NCBI RefSeq assembly: GCF_001194135.2
Contig: NC_068982.1
Coordinates: forward strand, 84,597,446 to 84,654,247
Source of the DNA: Octopus bimaculoides
Taxonomy: Eukaryota
Direction: 5' to 3'
Length of the DNA: 56,802 bases
In this document: one piece after another, positions 24,557-38,150 of the stretch
Layout of the letters: each line of letters starts with the position of its first letter
How positions within the stretch are numbered: position 1 is the first letter of the stretch
Notes under the pieces: generated by a model
The model's database searches: none
The model's input: the letters and a program-made list of their open reading frames with translations, nothing else
Told to the model about the DNA's origin: nothing
Translations under genes and position numbers: made by a program

Positions 24557-27273
24557 GGAGAGCTCTCCTATTAAGGAAGCGTTGCACTCCTAAAATCTTG
24601 CCACAACATTGCAATTCCAGAAGATTTGTGATTCCTTTAACTTCCATGTTACTGGGAAGGGAAATAAGAAACTAGGTTTTTGTCTTCCTTGTGGCCAGAT
24701 TTGTAGGACCACAACACTTCCTTGACAGAAGAAATACCAGTGTATCTGCGTGCATGGAAGGAAAGGCTATTTAAAATAATATTATAATGGTTCACCGTAT
24801 ATTAATTGCATCCACTAATTCATGCCTGCATGAAAAAGAGATATAACATATATGTGAGGTAGAGAGCCTGTTTTGTAAGCTAGTAAAACTGTTGCATGTA
24901 ACAATGGAGTTTCCTTTTATATATCAATTTAAAAACAGGAGGACATGTAGTATGTCCAGAAGATGACCATCACTGAAAATACCAACCAAATGAAGGTTTT
25001 ATCTTGTAAGTTACATCCATTTCAAAGATCTACTTGTGTAGAGGTGATCAATGTTTACCTAACAACAATAGTTAGAGCTAGGATAATCATGCACACATAC
25101 TTTGTCCAATTAGTTCAGTGTTATAGATAAATGAGTTGAGTTGTGAAGCCAGCAATAACAACTAGCTATATTATCACTGAGAAATCTCCATTTTCCCAAC
25201 ACACACGCACACACAATTAGGTAGGGATTTCTATGGAAGTATGAAGGCTGTTGATATGTAGTTGATACAGGGCTGTTTAAATTTGTTTATTCAGTATATT
25301 TGATGAACATGGAGAGTTGTTTTTAAGAAGGATGAACCAAACCAATCTATATTAACCGGGATTATATATGTAGGATTTACTTATTAACCCATGATAGGGC
25401 TAATTTTTTGAGTTGAAGATTCTGGATTTCAAATGTTGTCATAGTAGAGTAGATTCTATTTTAACATCCATTTTCCCATGTTGGCATGAGAGGGATGTAT
25501 CTTATAACATCGTTGCTATGAGGTCCAACTTCTTCATATGTGGCCTCAATACTTCTGATCTGCTCTTACTTATTCTCCTGTCATAAGTATGTCATTCATA
25601 TTACAAACCAGTACAAGTCATCTAACACCTGTAATGAGCAACAACTTTCTCAGTACACTTTAAGTTTGTCTTATATGCAAGTTAACATTGAATTCCCAAT
25701 AAACAATACATTTGTGACCAGCTCAAGCCGATATTCAGTAATCAATGCCCTTAACAATATTGTAGTTTCAGATTTAGATTCTCATTTATGTTTTCTACTC
25801 TGATTTTAGTCCTTCTTTCATGTCTAGAGGGATATCTGCTATGTTCTGATCTTGCAGCCAAAATGATTGGGAAGTAGATTTTATACATTGAGATTAATAA
25901 TAAATTTGCTTTCTTTCTTCTTTTGTTATGTTTTAGCTTGAGGTTATAGGAATTAGAAAGTAAGAAAGAGCAGGAAAGAAAAAGAAATCAAAATGGAGCA
26001 AGTGAAGCAAAGATAATTTAGATGTGGTAGAGAAGGCTGAGAAAACAAAAGGAGAGTAACAGAGACATTTAAAGGAGTGGAATAGAGAAAATTCAAAAAT
26101 GGACGGTCAGCCCCTTTGGTTTAAATATGAAACATCATTCCATATACACATATCTATTTCTCATTATTCTCTGTTGATGAGGACCACCCAAAATGAAGGT
26201 TTCTCTTTCATTTACCAACATTTCAATATACAGAATGGCTGACAAGTTAAGTTGCTGGACAACTGACCACAGAATCATAAATTCAAGTTTTACTACAGTC
26301 GTTAGGTTGTTAAAATGCATAACTCTTCTAGCTCCAAATTTACAAAACAAGTTTTACACCTCTTTCATAGTTCAGTGCTTTGCAATAGGAAGGCCATCCT
26401 CTTGTAAAGCCAAGTTCCTTAATAACAGACCACTCCATCCAGAAGAAACACAAAACTACAATTAAGGGTATTCTATAATGATGATGATGGTTGTAGTAGT
26501 AATAGTAGTAGTAGATGACATCACCAAGTAGGCAATGTTTGTATTGACTTCTGCATTTTGTCAATAACAACTAAATAACTGCAGTCATTTCATTAACTTT
26601 AATTAATCCATTAAACAGAGAAATAGTTGTTGCTTTTAGTCTTTAATTGGTAAATCATTCCTGGGTTAAAGATATCAATGAGGGAAGGAAACAGATATTT
26701 GTTGTTGATTGATATTTATTTGCAGGAGGCTGGACAAAAAACATCATTTAAAGTAAAATGGAAGACTGCACAGAAGCAAATGGGATTCACTGGGGTTTTA
26801 TAGCAAAAATAATACATTATTGCAGAGATTTAGGGATTATGAAAATGAAGAGTTAATGATGAAAAGTGAGTATTGTACAACTGATATCAAATATGTTAAT
26901 TGGAGGGATACTGGTTGGATCCATGTAATGATATTTGGTTGTATAGGTCAGCAAGGCTTTACTGATGGAAAATATGGGTAGGGAAGAAGTTCTAGCAGGT
27001 TGTAGTCTAGAGGAAAAGAGTTGAAAAAATGTGAAGAACAGGATTTGCAAAATGAGTTACAGTAAAGAAAATAGATAGCACAGTTTTCTATTTTAGAAGA
27101 GTAGGGCCTATTATAATAAGATTAAATGATACCCAGAGAGGACATATCACAACTATGAGACAGTATGATGTAATGTATTGGTGAGTGAAAGTTTCATAAT
27201 AAATTGAATGACATTTTTTGAAGGAAGCAATCTCAGATGTTTATGTAGCAGTCGTTGCACCTTCGAAATGTAA

Positions 27274-27670
27274 ACAGGAGTGGCTGTGTGGTAAGTAGCT
27301 TGCTTACCAACCACATGGTTCCAGGTTCATTCCCACTGCATGGCACCTTGGGCAAGTGTCTTCTACTATAGCCTCGGGCTGACCAAAGCCTTGTGAGTAG
27401 ATTTGGTAGACGGAAACTGAAAGAAGCCCATCGTATATATGTATGTATATATGTTTGTGTGTCTGTATTTGTCCCCCCAGCATCGCTTGACAACCGATGG
27501 TGGTGTGTTTACGTCCCTGTAACTTAGCGGTTCAGCAAAAGAGACCGATAGAATAAGTACTAGGCTTCCAAAGAATAAGTCCTGGGGGCGATTTGCTTGA
27601 CTAAAAAAAAGGCGGTGCTCCAGCATGGCCGCAGTCAAATGACTGAAACAAGTAAAAGAGTAAAAGAGTA
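27274..27670 (+). mobile_element. SINE family B copy
   Basis: Collinear with 19193-19610. Confidence 0.88.
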
Positions 27671-29469
27671 ATATCTTAGGGTGGATCACAGAAAGATAGA
27701 TAATTTTTAAGGTCAGCAAGAGGTCATCACTGAAGTATTTTCTAAATTTGGTATCCTTTTAATTGTTAGTGATGTAAAGGTGCTGTGTAATGTTGTTAAA
27801 GATTGTGGAGTAAAGGGGCCTATGAAGGTTTTAGTTGTGTGTTTGTCATGTTTGTTAAGTGGTGTGTACATATGAATAAGAAAGTAGGAGCAGTGTTGTA
27901 GGTACATTTCTTTGGTATGAATAGAGATGGCCTGTTTTTGGTGCTATTAAAACTAAGTTGTCAATACTCAGAGCAGGATGCAATCAAAATCTTTGTTCTT
28001 GGAAGTGGGGCACATCTGGGGAGATATATGTTAGCTGTGATTAGATGGCACTAGTGCTGGAAGTGAAAGGTAATACCATCTACTTAGGAGTGTATGGAGT
28101 TACAAATAACAGAGAAAAGGGTCTCCGTGGTGGGGGAACCAGGTAGTCAAACAGAAAGAAAATAACAGACAGACTGACAGATTGCTAAGTAGAAAGAAAA
28201 AGTAATAACTAGATAGAAACATAGAGTAAGAGATATAGAGTTAGGGAGACTAGACAGAGAGAAAGAGAGAGAGAGGATAAAAATGAGTGAGATAGACAAC
28301 TGAAGAAACAGACTAAAAGAAGGATATATATACATACATACATACATAAGTCAAAAGATAATCCAAGAAGTGCCAAAAGCACAATACCAAAGGGTATGAA
28401 GATGGCAGATTAGTTCCACACTTAACTCCCATTTCTGACTTGGTCAGAAAATCTTCATAACTCCAGAAAGGATAGAATGCAGAGTCTGCACCATATATAG
28501 AAAAAGGAACACAGAAAACAGTCAGTATTAATGCTGTATATAATATACATGTACTTAATGATTTGGCAGACATCAATTGCTTGAGCATAAAACTCAGTTA
28601 CATGAAAAAATACTGCACGACCCTGAGTAATGCTGATTAAAGGGACTGGTGGCATTTGTTTCTGTAATTGAGTTTTATGCGCAAGTAATTGATGTCTGCC
28701 AGTCTCATGAAGCATGTGTATATTATATAAATTATTAATACTAATTACGCTTTCTATGTTCTTTTTTATACATATGTACACACTACACACACACAAGTGG
28801 ACAAATCCATCAGAGAAGTAAAAAAAAAGAATAAGAAAGAGAAAATTGAGACAAAACAAATCCAACTATGCAAGATAGGTAAGCAGCCAAGTAGGTCAAT
28901 AGGTATGTAGGCAGCCTGGTAGACATCCATGTAGGTGGGTAGGTTGTCTAACTTAAAAGTCCTAGAGGTTAAAAATAATGACTGCAAGGGAATGTTATTA
29001 GGCTTCACAACAAACTTTTGATAAAGACAATCAAAAAGTAAAGTTAAACAAAATCCATGTACATAAGGTGGAAAAGAAAGGAAGCAACAAATCAATAAAC
29101 AAAACTATATCCCCACCACTTTCCCTCTAAAACTACCCCTCTCTCTCTCTCTCACCAATACCCACAGTCTTCACTACCACGACAGCCTCAATTACTCTAA
29201 CTCTGTTCATTGTATATCTGCCCTTCTGCAGTTCACCCATTCCCCCACTTTGGGTCCTATACTAACCACTGTTTCCAATCCTCCTTTCCCAAATATTATT
29301 CCACAATGTTCTTGAAAACATTCTTCTAACAGAAGTTCAAACTGAAGTCTCAATCATATCAATGCCATCATAGGTGGGGGGGGGGCCTATCCCTTGCTCT
29401 AGCTACAATCTTTCTTTCACTGTTTACATAAAATATTGAAATGTTTGACTTTTGTCAAACAGAAAACAG

Positions 29470-30595
29470 TAATAACGGTTTCTACAAGACTAGCAGTTAT
29501 GAAGTGGGGCAGGTGTACAGTTGATACATTGACACCAGTACATAACTGATATCTTATTTTATCAACCACAGAGGGACGGAAGGAATAAGTTGACCTAAGC
29601 AACATTTAAACTCAGAATAGAAAGAGCCAGAACAAATACTGCATGGCACTCCAACAATTCTGCCAATCTCCCATCTTAAAACAATAATAAAAATAATAAT
29701 CCTTTCCCCTATAGGCACAGGACCTGAAATTTTGCAGGAGGGGACTAGTTGATTATATTGACTCCAGTGCTCAACTGGTACATGTATTTCATCTGCTCTA
29801 AAAGAAAGAAATCAAAGCTATCCTTAACAGAATTTGGACACAGAATGTAAAGTCAGAAGAAATGCCATTAAGCATTATATCCAACATGATAACAATTACC
29901 CCAGCTTGTCACCTTAACAACAACAATAATAATAATGATGGTTTCAGATTTTGGCACAAGGCCAGCAATTTCATGGGAGGGGTAATAAGTTGATTACATT
30001 GAACCCCAGAATTCAACTAGCACTTATTTTATCAACCCCAAAAGGATGAAAAGCAAAGTAGACTTTAGCGGAATTTGAACTCACAACATAAAGGTAGATG
30101 AAATACCGCTAAGCATTTTCTCTGGCATGCTAACAATTCTGCCAGCTCATCATCATCATCATTTAACATCCGTTTTCCATGCTGACATGGGTTGGACAGT
30201 TTGATCAGAGCTGGCAAGCTGGGAAGCCACACCAGACACCAGTCTGATTTGGCATGGTTTCTGCACATGGATATCTTCCTAATGTCAATCACTTTACAGA
30301 GTAATATAAAAGGTATTTTGAAGGAAAAAAAATCCAAAATAAACAGAACAACAAATGTAAAAGCAAAGAAATATATAATCTTTTCTAGTATAGGTACAAG
30401 GCCTAAAATTTTAAGAGAGGGGGGCTAGTTGATTACATTGATCTCAGAGCTCAAATGGTACTTATTTCATCGACTCTGAAAGAATGAAAGCAAAGTTGAC
30501 CTTGGCAGCATTTGAACTCAGAACATAAAGATGGAGGAAACACTGCTAAACATTTTGTCCAGTGCAGTAATGATTCTGCCAGCTCACCACCTTAA
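29470..30595 (-). mobile_element. Cluster of four SINE family A copies (~29470-29680, 29701-29915, 29941-30148, 30380-30595) plus an RTE tail fragment (30149-30300)
   Basis: Head aaggcggcgagctggcagaa (A box), gagttcaaattcc (B box), central ctttgcctttcatcctttcggggtcgataaa..aagtaccag domain, (TTA)n tail. Located just downstream of the DGKE stop. Confidence 0.88.
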
Positions 30596-30749
30596 CAAAG
30601 AAATAAATATTAGTAAAGAGTATTTTGTGATGGTAGAAGCTGCACATATGTCTGTATATGCATGTATGTGCATGTAAAGATAATTTTATANNNNNNNNNN
30701 CATACATATATATGAATGCACTCCTGTTATTGTAGATTTCTACACTGGA

Positions 30750-30780
<31 letters not shown>

Positions 30781-30823
30781 CATGTGTGTGTTTCTTTCTT
30801 TTGTCAGTTTATATAGCAGATAT

Positions 30824-30937
30824 TCAGCAAAGAGACAACATAGTAGCTTTACTACGGTGGGTGACAGTCATCTCCACAGGTTGTTGGAGCCAGGGTTCAC
30901 CATCAACTTGCATTGGTGCTGTACAGTTTAATGTAAT
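30824..30937 (-). CDS. DGKE: Diacylglycerol kinase epsilon-like gene, terminal coding exon
   Basis: The acceptor ttttctctatttacAG is followed by [37 protein letters not shown] (tail of track ORF 30824..31204). PMQVDGEPW is the DGK hallmark. The phase-0 start joins the 54294 exon in frame (...GQASRIK|ITLNC...), collinear with DGKE [32 protein letters not shown]. Confidence 0.92.
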   Translation of the reverse strand: [37 protein letters not shown]

Positions 30938-31149
30938 CTGTAAATAGAGAAAATAATAATAATAATAACAACAACAACAACTTTTTGTAGGTGTAGTTTT
31001 CCTAGGGGAAAGTAGGAGAAAGTTATTTCTGATCATGGAAAAAAAACAGAAAATTCTTGAATTGTCATCACTGTCATCATCCTCCTCCTCATCCCCTGAA
31101 TTTACACAAAATAAAAATGTAGCATTGATATCTCTTGTCTCCCAAATTA

Positions 31150-31700
31150 AAGAAAAAATGCCAAGTAGCATGGCCCCCACCAAATAAGGACCAACTGAAA
31201 ACAAAAAAATGCATGGTTGATATCCAGAATGTCATAAAGTGGCAGAAGTTGACTGACAACAGACAAATCAATGTCTTGAAGGTAATGGACTCAAAGTAGA
31301 GATAGACAACTTTATTGTTGCTGCCCAAGATCAAAATCTTAGTCACAAGTCATAGCAGCATTGCATTCTCAAAGATGAGAGGACAAAATGGGTATGACAT
31401 GTGGAACCTGCCACATCATTGCTGACTCCTCAGTATTGAGAAAAACGCAAATTATCTAATGTCACAAGGGAGTGGTAGACCTATACTGAAAAATCTGCAA
31501 GAAATTGAGCATTAAAATCTTTAAAAAGATGGTAGGACCACAAATCAAAAACAGTTACCAAGAATGATAATGTTAGTGTAGTCAGGCAGGGGAATCAAAG
31601 CAAACACACCAGATATCATAATTAAAACCCCAAAGATAAAACCTTTATGTTGAGTGGTATGACAATACCTGCCAATCCTAACACCTCAATTATGTTCACA
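31150..31700 (+). mobile_element. Dong/R4-like RLE LINE C-terminal fragment
   Basis: MHG*YP; GLKVEIDNFIVAAQDQNL; a KPDIII-like PD motif. Confidence 0.75.
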
Positions 31701-31719
31701 GAAAAACTATCTAACCATT

Positions 31720-32500
31720 GTGAATTAGTCAAAAACTTTGGAGAGTGTTGACCATTATTAGAATCAATGCTACAAAAGCTGGGATGGTTGAAGAGTGTCC
31801 TTTTAGACTGGAACCTGGGAGTGCTTACTGTCATGAAATCAGATGCCACTGAGTTGAAAGTAATCATTACTCTTCTAAAGGAATTTGAGATGGTGGCAGG
31901 GGCAAAATTCACCCCAAAATCAGTGGGCTTGTAGCTCAGCACCTGGAGAGGCAAATTCACGTCATCTGAGAGTATAACAGGATATTGGACCAATGGACTG
32001 TTAACGCTACACAAGGTTTGATTTGGTCACAGTCTTCAGCTAAACCAGAATTGGGCATGATAGGTGTCTAATTTTACTCAGAAATGAACCTAAAGGAAGC
32101 TGTTGCTGAAAGGTTGGGTAGAGTAGCATATGCCTATATTACCTCAGCTATTATTTATCCCTTGACCACCTACAAAGATTTCTGGACAGTGAGGGTTAGA
32201 TTAGAGCCTGGTGTGTGGAATGTTGTCAGGCACACATTGTCTACCAGTCAGGCAATGAGATTAGTGAAGGGCAATCTATAGATGGTCAGTGAGATGGAAG
32301 AACATCATTACTCTTCCTTGCTCTAAGCATCAGAGAAAATGAACTGGCTAATTCAAAGGACTTTTGTGCCAGAACTATCAAGAATAACACAGAAATATTT
32401 GGCCTGGCAAATACTACAAAGGGTTCAAGATGAACTCTACAGGTATAAAGGTCTGATGTCACTTCGTCAAGCGTCTTTTTGTCCATGTCTTTTGGTCCAA
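31720..32500 (+). mobile_element. L1/Tx1-like LINE fragment (post-RT region)
   Basis: STWRGK...YWTNGLLTLHKV*FG; NLKEAVAERLGRVAYAYITSAIIYPLT (LSLKGR..V.N.YI.S.I.Y.LT-like); LAWQILQRVQDELYRY. Heavily decayed. Confidence 0.5.
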
Positions 32501-32749
32501 CATATTTTTTTCTGATAACTTTTTTGTCCAACAACTTTTTGACCAGTTTCAAATAAACTCTTTAGAAAACAAGGTTTATATTCACAGAACTATAATGAGC
32601 CTTGTTATAGGATTGTTATTATTGTTCTTTTTCCTTCTCTGTTAACATTTTTACTTTCTCTTTTTCCTTCTCTCTCTTAAGTATGGTGCTGTGTACAGAG
32701 TGTGCTGCAAATTTAGTGTACACATTTTTAATTTACCCATCCTGAAATG

Positions 32750-33810
32750 ACAAAGTTCATAGTATCGACCAAAAACAAAAGAAAAGTAGTTGATGAAAGT
32801 AATTACATCTCCAAATTTCATTCAAGCAATACAAAACTAGGAAAAGAATACTGGAGATGTGACAAAAAAAGGCTGTTTTCAGTGTGAATTCATACAGCAA
32901 CGGAAAACAATGAGCTGAAAATGATTTATTTCTCTAGTGAGCACTTTCATCCAACTGATGTAGATTCATTAAATTTTAGAAAAGCAGTTGCAGAAATAAT
33001 ACATGAAGTGGTGGAAAACATAGCAGCAAGTTCATGTAGCATAATAGCAGCTAAGTTTATGCAGCTAACAGAAAATACTTGCCCTCAACTTCTTCGTTTG
33101 TCTGTACTTTCAAGGGCTATTCAAAGGTGCCAACAAAAAAATTTTAGATTTCCCACTAATCTAGGGATTAGAACTGGTTTTGAAATATGTGAAGAATATT
33201 GTAAACTTGATAATGGCAAACAGTTTCTGAGATACGATTAGGGTATTGAGAATCAACAGTGCATACTAGTATTTGCATCAGAAATTGCTCTTCAGGATAT
33301 AGCATCATATCGTCATTGGACATGTGATGGAACATTCAAAATTGTGCCAGAACAGTGGTTTCAACTGTTTAGCATTCATGTGCAAGTTAAAGGTAGCAAT
33401 TTTCTATGGTTCTTTGCATTACTGCTGAATAAAACAAAGCAGACATACAAATTATTTTTTGAGCAATTGAAAATTATGCACCTAATGAAATATCTGCTTG
33501 ATCTCAAGGCAGATTTTGAAGTTGCAGTACATAAGGAATCTAATTCATCATTCTCTAATTCATCTATCATGGCATGTTTGTTTCATTTGAGCTAATCAGT
33601 ATTTTGAAAAATTACAGATTTAGGCCACAAAGAAAAATGCAATAACGACTCTGAATTCTGTCTTAAAATTCGATGTTTTTCAGCATCAGCCTTCGTACCC
33701 ATTGAAGATGTCGAAGAGGCCTATGAAGAATTAATAGATGATGAAGAAATATCTGTTGAATTCATCATTTATTTCGATTTGACTTACATAGGTGTTGTGA
33801 GAGGAAAAGA
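32750..33810 (+). mobile_element. MULE/Mutator transposase pseudogene
   Basis: FLYWCH-like YWRC start; HWTCDGTFKIVPEQWFQLFSIH; FALLLNK...Y..FF; DFEVAV; CLFHLS (CxxH). Confidence 0.9.
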
Positions 33811-33829
33811 GCCTTGGTAGAAAAGAAGA

Positions 33830-34560
33830 ATAAGGCAATCAATGAACAAACAATGAAAACGTATCAACACTTTGGAAAGAAAAAAATGAGGTGAAATCAG
33901 GAAGAAGGAGAAATATCAGGAACTAGAATGTAGATATAGGATAAAGAAAAAGGGCTAAATGTATTTCTTAAAGACCTGAAACAAAGATTGCAGGCTAAAG
34001 TGAGAAAGATCAAGAGATATGACCAAAGAATTGAACAATATAAAATCAACACATTGTCCCAACAAGATCAGGAAAGGTTTATCAGCGCTGAATGGAAAGG
34101 TTAACAGCAGTGAAAGACTGGATGCTGAAGAAAATAGGAAGTTTTGGAGTAACATTTCGATAACGGAAGAAAGCAAAATGAAGATGCTGAATGGTTAAAG
34201 GAATTAAGGTCAGAGAAATATGAAGTGAAACAGAGCAATATAAGAATAACAACTGAAATGGTGACCAAGCAGACAATAAAAATTTCAAACTGGAAATGCC
34301 CAGGCCTGCATGGAGTACAAGGGTATTGACTGAAAAGTTTCCTAACACTACACAAAAGAATAACTGAGCAAATGGATAAAATGATCAACAATAAGGTGGA
34401 AATCCCAAAGTGGTTGACCACAAGTAAAACAGTTCTTTGTCAAATGGATCCTAGTAATGCAATGGATAATTATCAGCCTATCTCCTGACTAACCTGATGT
34501 GGAAGTTGATGACAGAAATAATGTCTAATTGTGTGTATTACTTCTTAGAAATGAATGACA
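33830..34560 (+). mobile_element. Dong/R4-like LINE fragment (pre-RT region)
   Basis: [31 protein letters not shown]; NWKCPGLHGVQGY*LK; DNYQPIS; EQKG. Confidence 0.85.
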
Positions 34561-36740
34561 AACTGCCAGTGGAACAGAAGGGAAGCAGAAGGAAAAGCCA
34601 AGGCGGCACTGGCAACGACCATGCCCAAAATGGTGCATTTCATGTGTCACCTGCACATGAGCCAGTCCAGGGGCACTGGCAACGATCTCGCTCGAAAATC
34701 CTACGAAGGCCAGTCAGGCAGTACTGGTAACGGCCACGCTCAATGGTGTATTTTATGTGCCACCCGCACAAGAGCCAGTCCAGGGCAACGGTTTCACTCG
34801 AAGGTCCATACATATGCTGCGGACACAAGTGCCAGAAAGGCGACGCTGGGCACAGGTGCCATCACGATTTCGATTTCGCTTGCCCCAATAAGTCTTCGCA
34901 AGCTGAGTTTCGTGTCCAATGAAGGAGACGGCGTTGGCATGGGTGCCAGTCGTCGAATTTAACTCGATTTCGATTTCACTTGCCTCAACAGGTNNNNNNN
35001 NNNTCGCAAGCTGAGTTTCGTGTCCAATGAAGGAGACGGCGTTGGCATGGGTGCCAGTCGTCGAATTTAACTCGATTTCGATTTCACTTGCCTCAACAGG
35101 TCTTCGCAAGTGGAGTTTAGTGTCCAATTTAACTCGATTTCGATTTCACTTGCCTCAACAGGTCTTCGCAAGTGGAGCTTAGTCTCCAATTTAATTCGAT
35201 TTCGATTTCACTTGCTACAACAGGTCTTCGCTAGTGGAGTTTAGTGTCCAACTTAACTCGATTTCGATTTCACTTGCCTCAACAGGTCTTCGCAAGTGGA
35301 GTTTGGTGTCCAATGAAGGAAGGTACACATAAGTGGACTGGCTGAGGCCATAGATTTAGGTCTCAATCGTCTCTCTTGCACACCACAACTGATGCTTCGT
35401 CAGTTCAACTTTTCTCTCAAGGTACTGATACCCTGTCTAGTATGCACACTGACATTACACATCCATCGGAGCATACTGTCTTCATTCCTTGCGAGCCTAT
35501 GCATGTCCTCAGAGTCATGGCCCATGTTTCACTGCCATGAAGCATGGCTGTTCGTACACCTGTGTCATACAATCTGCCTTTTATTCTGAGAGAGAGACCC
35601 TTTGTCGCCAGCAGAGGTAAGAGCTCTCTGAACTTTGCCCAGGCTATTCTATTTCTAGCAGCTACGCTTTCAGTGCACCCACCCTCACTGCTAATTTGGT
35701 CACCAAGATATCGGAAGCTATCAACCACTTCTAGTTTTTCTCTGGAATGTGGCAGAAGTTGTTTTCTGCACATTCACAGTATTTATAGCTCCTGAACATC
35801 TGCTACATACAAAAATTAACTTCCTAGTTAACCTTCCTTTGATATTGCTGCACCTCTTATGTGTCCATAGCTAGCACTGGGTGCATCTTATAGAGTTAGT
35901 ACCCACTCCTTTACTACAGATCGAGCAGGGCCATCTACCCGAAGGGGTTTGTGTTTTGTCTGCCTTCCTACTTATTAGGACTTTGGTTTTAGCTAGGTTG
36001 ATTCTAGTCCTGGCTTCCACACCTGAAACTTCTCCTCTAGTTCTGATAGTGACTCGGCAATTAGTGCAAGGTCATCAGCATAGAGGAGCTCCCAGGGGCA
36101 TCCTGTCTTGAATTCCTCTGTTATAGCCTGGAGGACTATGATAAATAGGAGGGGGCTGAGGACAGAACCTTGGTGGACCCCTACCTCCACCCGGAATTCT
36201 TCACTGTACTCATTGCTAACCCTTACCTTACTGACAGCGTCTCTGTACATGGCTCGCACTCTCTCACTAACCATTCTTCTATCCCTAGTTTCCTCATTGA
36301 CCACCAGATGAGAGATCGGGGGACCCTGTCAAAGGCTTTCTCCATATCAACGAAAGCCAGGTACAGAGGTTTATCCTTGGCTAGGTATTTCTCCTGAAGC
36401 TGTCTTACCAGAAATATAGCATCGGTGGTGCTTTTCCCTAGCACGAACCCAAACTGCATCTCATCTAAACTGACTCGCTCCCTAAGCAGTTGAGCTATGG
36501 CCCTCTCCATGACTTTCATTACCTGATCTAAAGGCTTGATACCTCTGTAATTATTTGTATCTAAAGCGTCACCTTTACCTTTGTAGCAGTTGACTATGGT
36601 GCTGCTACACCAGTCATTGGGTATGACTCCTTTGTGTATCACCTGGTTTATAATATGGGTGACTAGGCTATAGCCGACACTGCCAGATATTTTGAGCATC
36701 TCTGCAGTGATTCCTGATGGGCCGGGGGCTTTCCCTGTCT
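34560..36740 (-). mobile_element. RTE LINE: RT domain, C-terminus and repeat-rich 3' UTR
   Basis: KTGKAPGPSGIT; NYRGIK..QVMKVMER; LDEMQFGF..GKSTTDAIF; FVDMEKAFDRVPR; GVHQGSVLSPLLFIIVL; ELLYADDLAL; VDSFRYLG; LHGSETW (track ORFs 36223..36771, 35993..36304, 35417..35773). Confidence 0.95.
35066..35313. repeat. 62-bp tandem repeat x4 inside the RTE 3' UTR
   Basis: Unit tttaactcgatttcgatttcacttgcctcaacaggtcttcgcaagtggagtttagtgtccaa starts at 35066, 35128, 35190 and 35252. Confidence 0.95.
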
Positions 36741-36744
36741 TACC

Positions 36745-36870
36745 TTGATATGAAATCACCATGTCACGCACATATGGTTGTGATGCATGATGGGTATATT
36801 CGGCTTCGTATATTTTACCCCAGTGTCACTTTGATGGCATGCACTGCTCTCTCACTCAATAATAATAATA
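36745..36870 (+). mobile_element. Short retroposon 3' end with (TAA)n tail
   Basis: ttgatatga..accatgtcacgcacatatggttgtgatgcatg...ctgctctctcactc(aat)n. Homologous to 46010-46160. Confidence 0.7.
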
Positions 36871-36879
36871 ATTCATTCT

Positions 36880-37085
36880 ACTGGAAGCACAAAGCCTCAA
36901 ATTTGGAGGAATGGATTAAGTCAATTACATTGACCCCAGTACATAACTGGTACTTATTTAATCGATCTCAAAAGATGAAAGGCAAAGTCAATCTTGTTGG
37001 AATTTGAACTCTGAATGGGAAGACGGACAAAATATTGCTAAGCATTTTGCCCAGTGTGCTAAAAATTCTGCTAGCTCGTCACCTT
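36880..37085 (-). mobile_element. SINE family A copy (other intronic minus-strand copies: ~37650-37865, 38850-38995, 40590-40805, 45030-45215)
   Basis: Same head, body and tail as the 29.5-30.6 kb cluster. Flanked by (TAA)n. Confidence 0.88.
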
Positions 37086-37097
37086 TCTATAATAATG

Positions 37098-37139
<42 letters not shown>

Positions 37140-37141
<2 letters not shown>

Positions 37142-37640
37142 CACCGTTTAACGTCTGCTTTCCATGCTAGCATGGGTTAGAAGATTTGACTGAGGACTGG
37201 CAAGCTAGAAGGCTGCACCAGGCTCCAATCTGATCTGGCAGAGTTTCTACAGCTGGATGCCCTTCCTAACGCCAACCACTCCGAGAGTGTAGTGGGTGCT
37301 TTTACGTGCCACCAGCACGAGGGCCAGTCACACGGTACTGGCAACGGCCATGCTCAAAATGGTGTTTTTTACATGCCACCTGCATGGGAGCCAGTCCGGC
37401 AGCACTGGCAACGACCTTGCTCAAATGATTTTCTAATGTGCCACCAGCACAAGTGCTAGAAGGCAACGCTGGTTGCGATTACGCTCAAATGGTGCTATTT
37501 ACGGGCCACTAGCATTGAAGCCAGACAGCTGCTCTGGCAATGAACATGCTTGGACAGTGCTGTTAGTGCTCCACTGGCACAGGTGCCAGTCATCAAGTAT
37601 GGTTCAATTAGGATTTCGATTTCACTTGCCTCAACAAGTC
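37140..37640 (-). mobile_element. RTE 3' UTR fragment
   Basis: Collinear with 23520-23950 and with the reverse of 50750-51190. Confidence 0.88.
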
Positions 37641-37874
37641 AATAATATTAATCCTTTCTACTATAGGCACAAGGCCTGAAATTTGGGTGAGGGGATAGTC
37701 AATTACATCAACCCGAGTACACAACTGGTACTTATTTTATTGAACCTGAAAGGATGAAAGGTAAAGTTGACGTTGGCAGAATTTGAACTCAGAACATAAA
37801 GACAGACAAAATGCTGCTAAGCATTTTGCCTGGGGGAGTAACGGTTCTACCAACTCACCAACTTAAAAACGCCA

Positions 37875-38150
37875 GGCAATACCAGGCAGTGGCTCTCATG
37901 ACTTCTGATCTTAACTGATTGGAAGTGTTACCATGTACATTGTTTTGTCTTGGTATAAAAGATGGGCTACAACAAATATTCTGCTCAAAATCACAGATTT
38001 GCTTGTTGGTTGCTTGACCATAACCAATTGAGCATGTCCCTTAGTGGCTGACAATATGTGCATCTCTAATCACGAGCAGAAGTAGTGGGGGAGCATCATA
38101 GCCATGTGTTGAGAGATTCTTTGTAGTTTGAATAATTCTCCTCTGGAAAC
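37875..38150 (+). repeat. Unclassified dispersed repeat (second copy 45318-45575)
   Basis: accaggcagtggctctcatg.cttctgatcttaa...gggggagcatcatagccatgtgttga is shared by both loci. Confidence 0.8.

Noticed and set aside
25937-26110. Possible plus-strand exon after a polypyrimidine-AG
   Set aside because: All three frames hit stops within 30 codons and no recognisable peptide results.
35066-35313. CRISPR-like periodicity
   Set aside because: The units are contiguous with no unique spacers, lie inside a LINE UTR, and there are no cas genes in this eukaryotic context.
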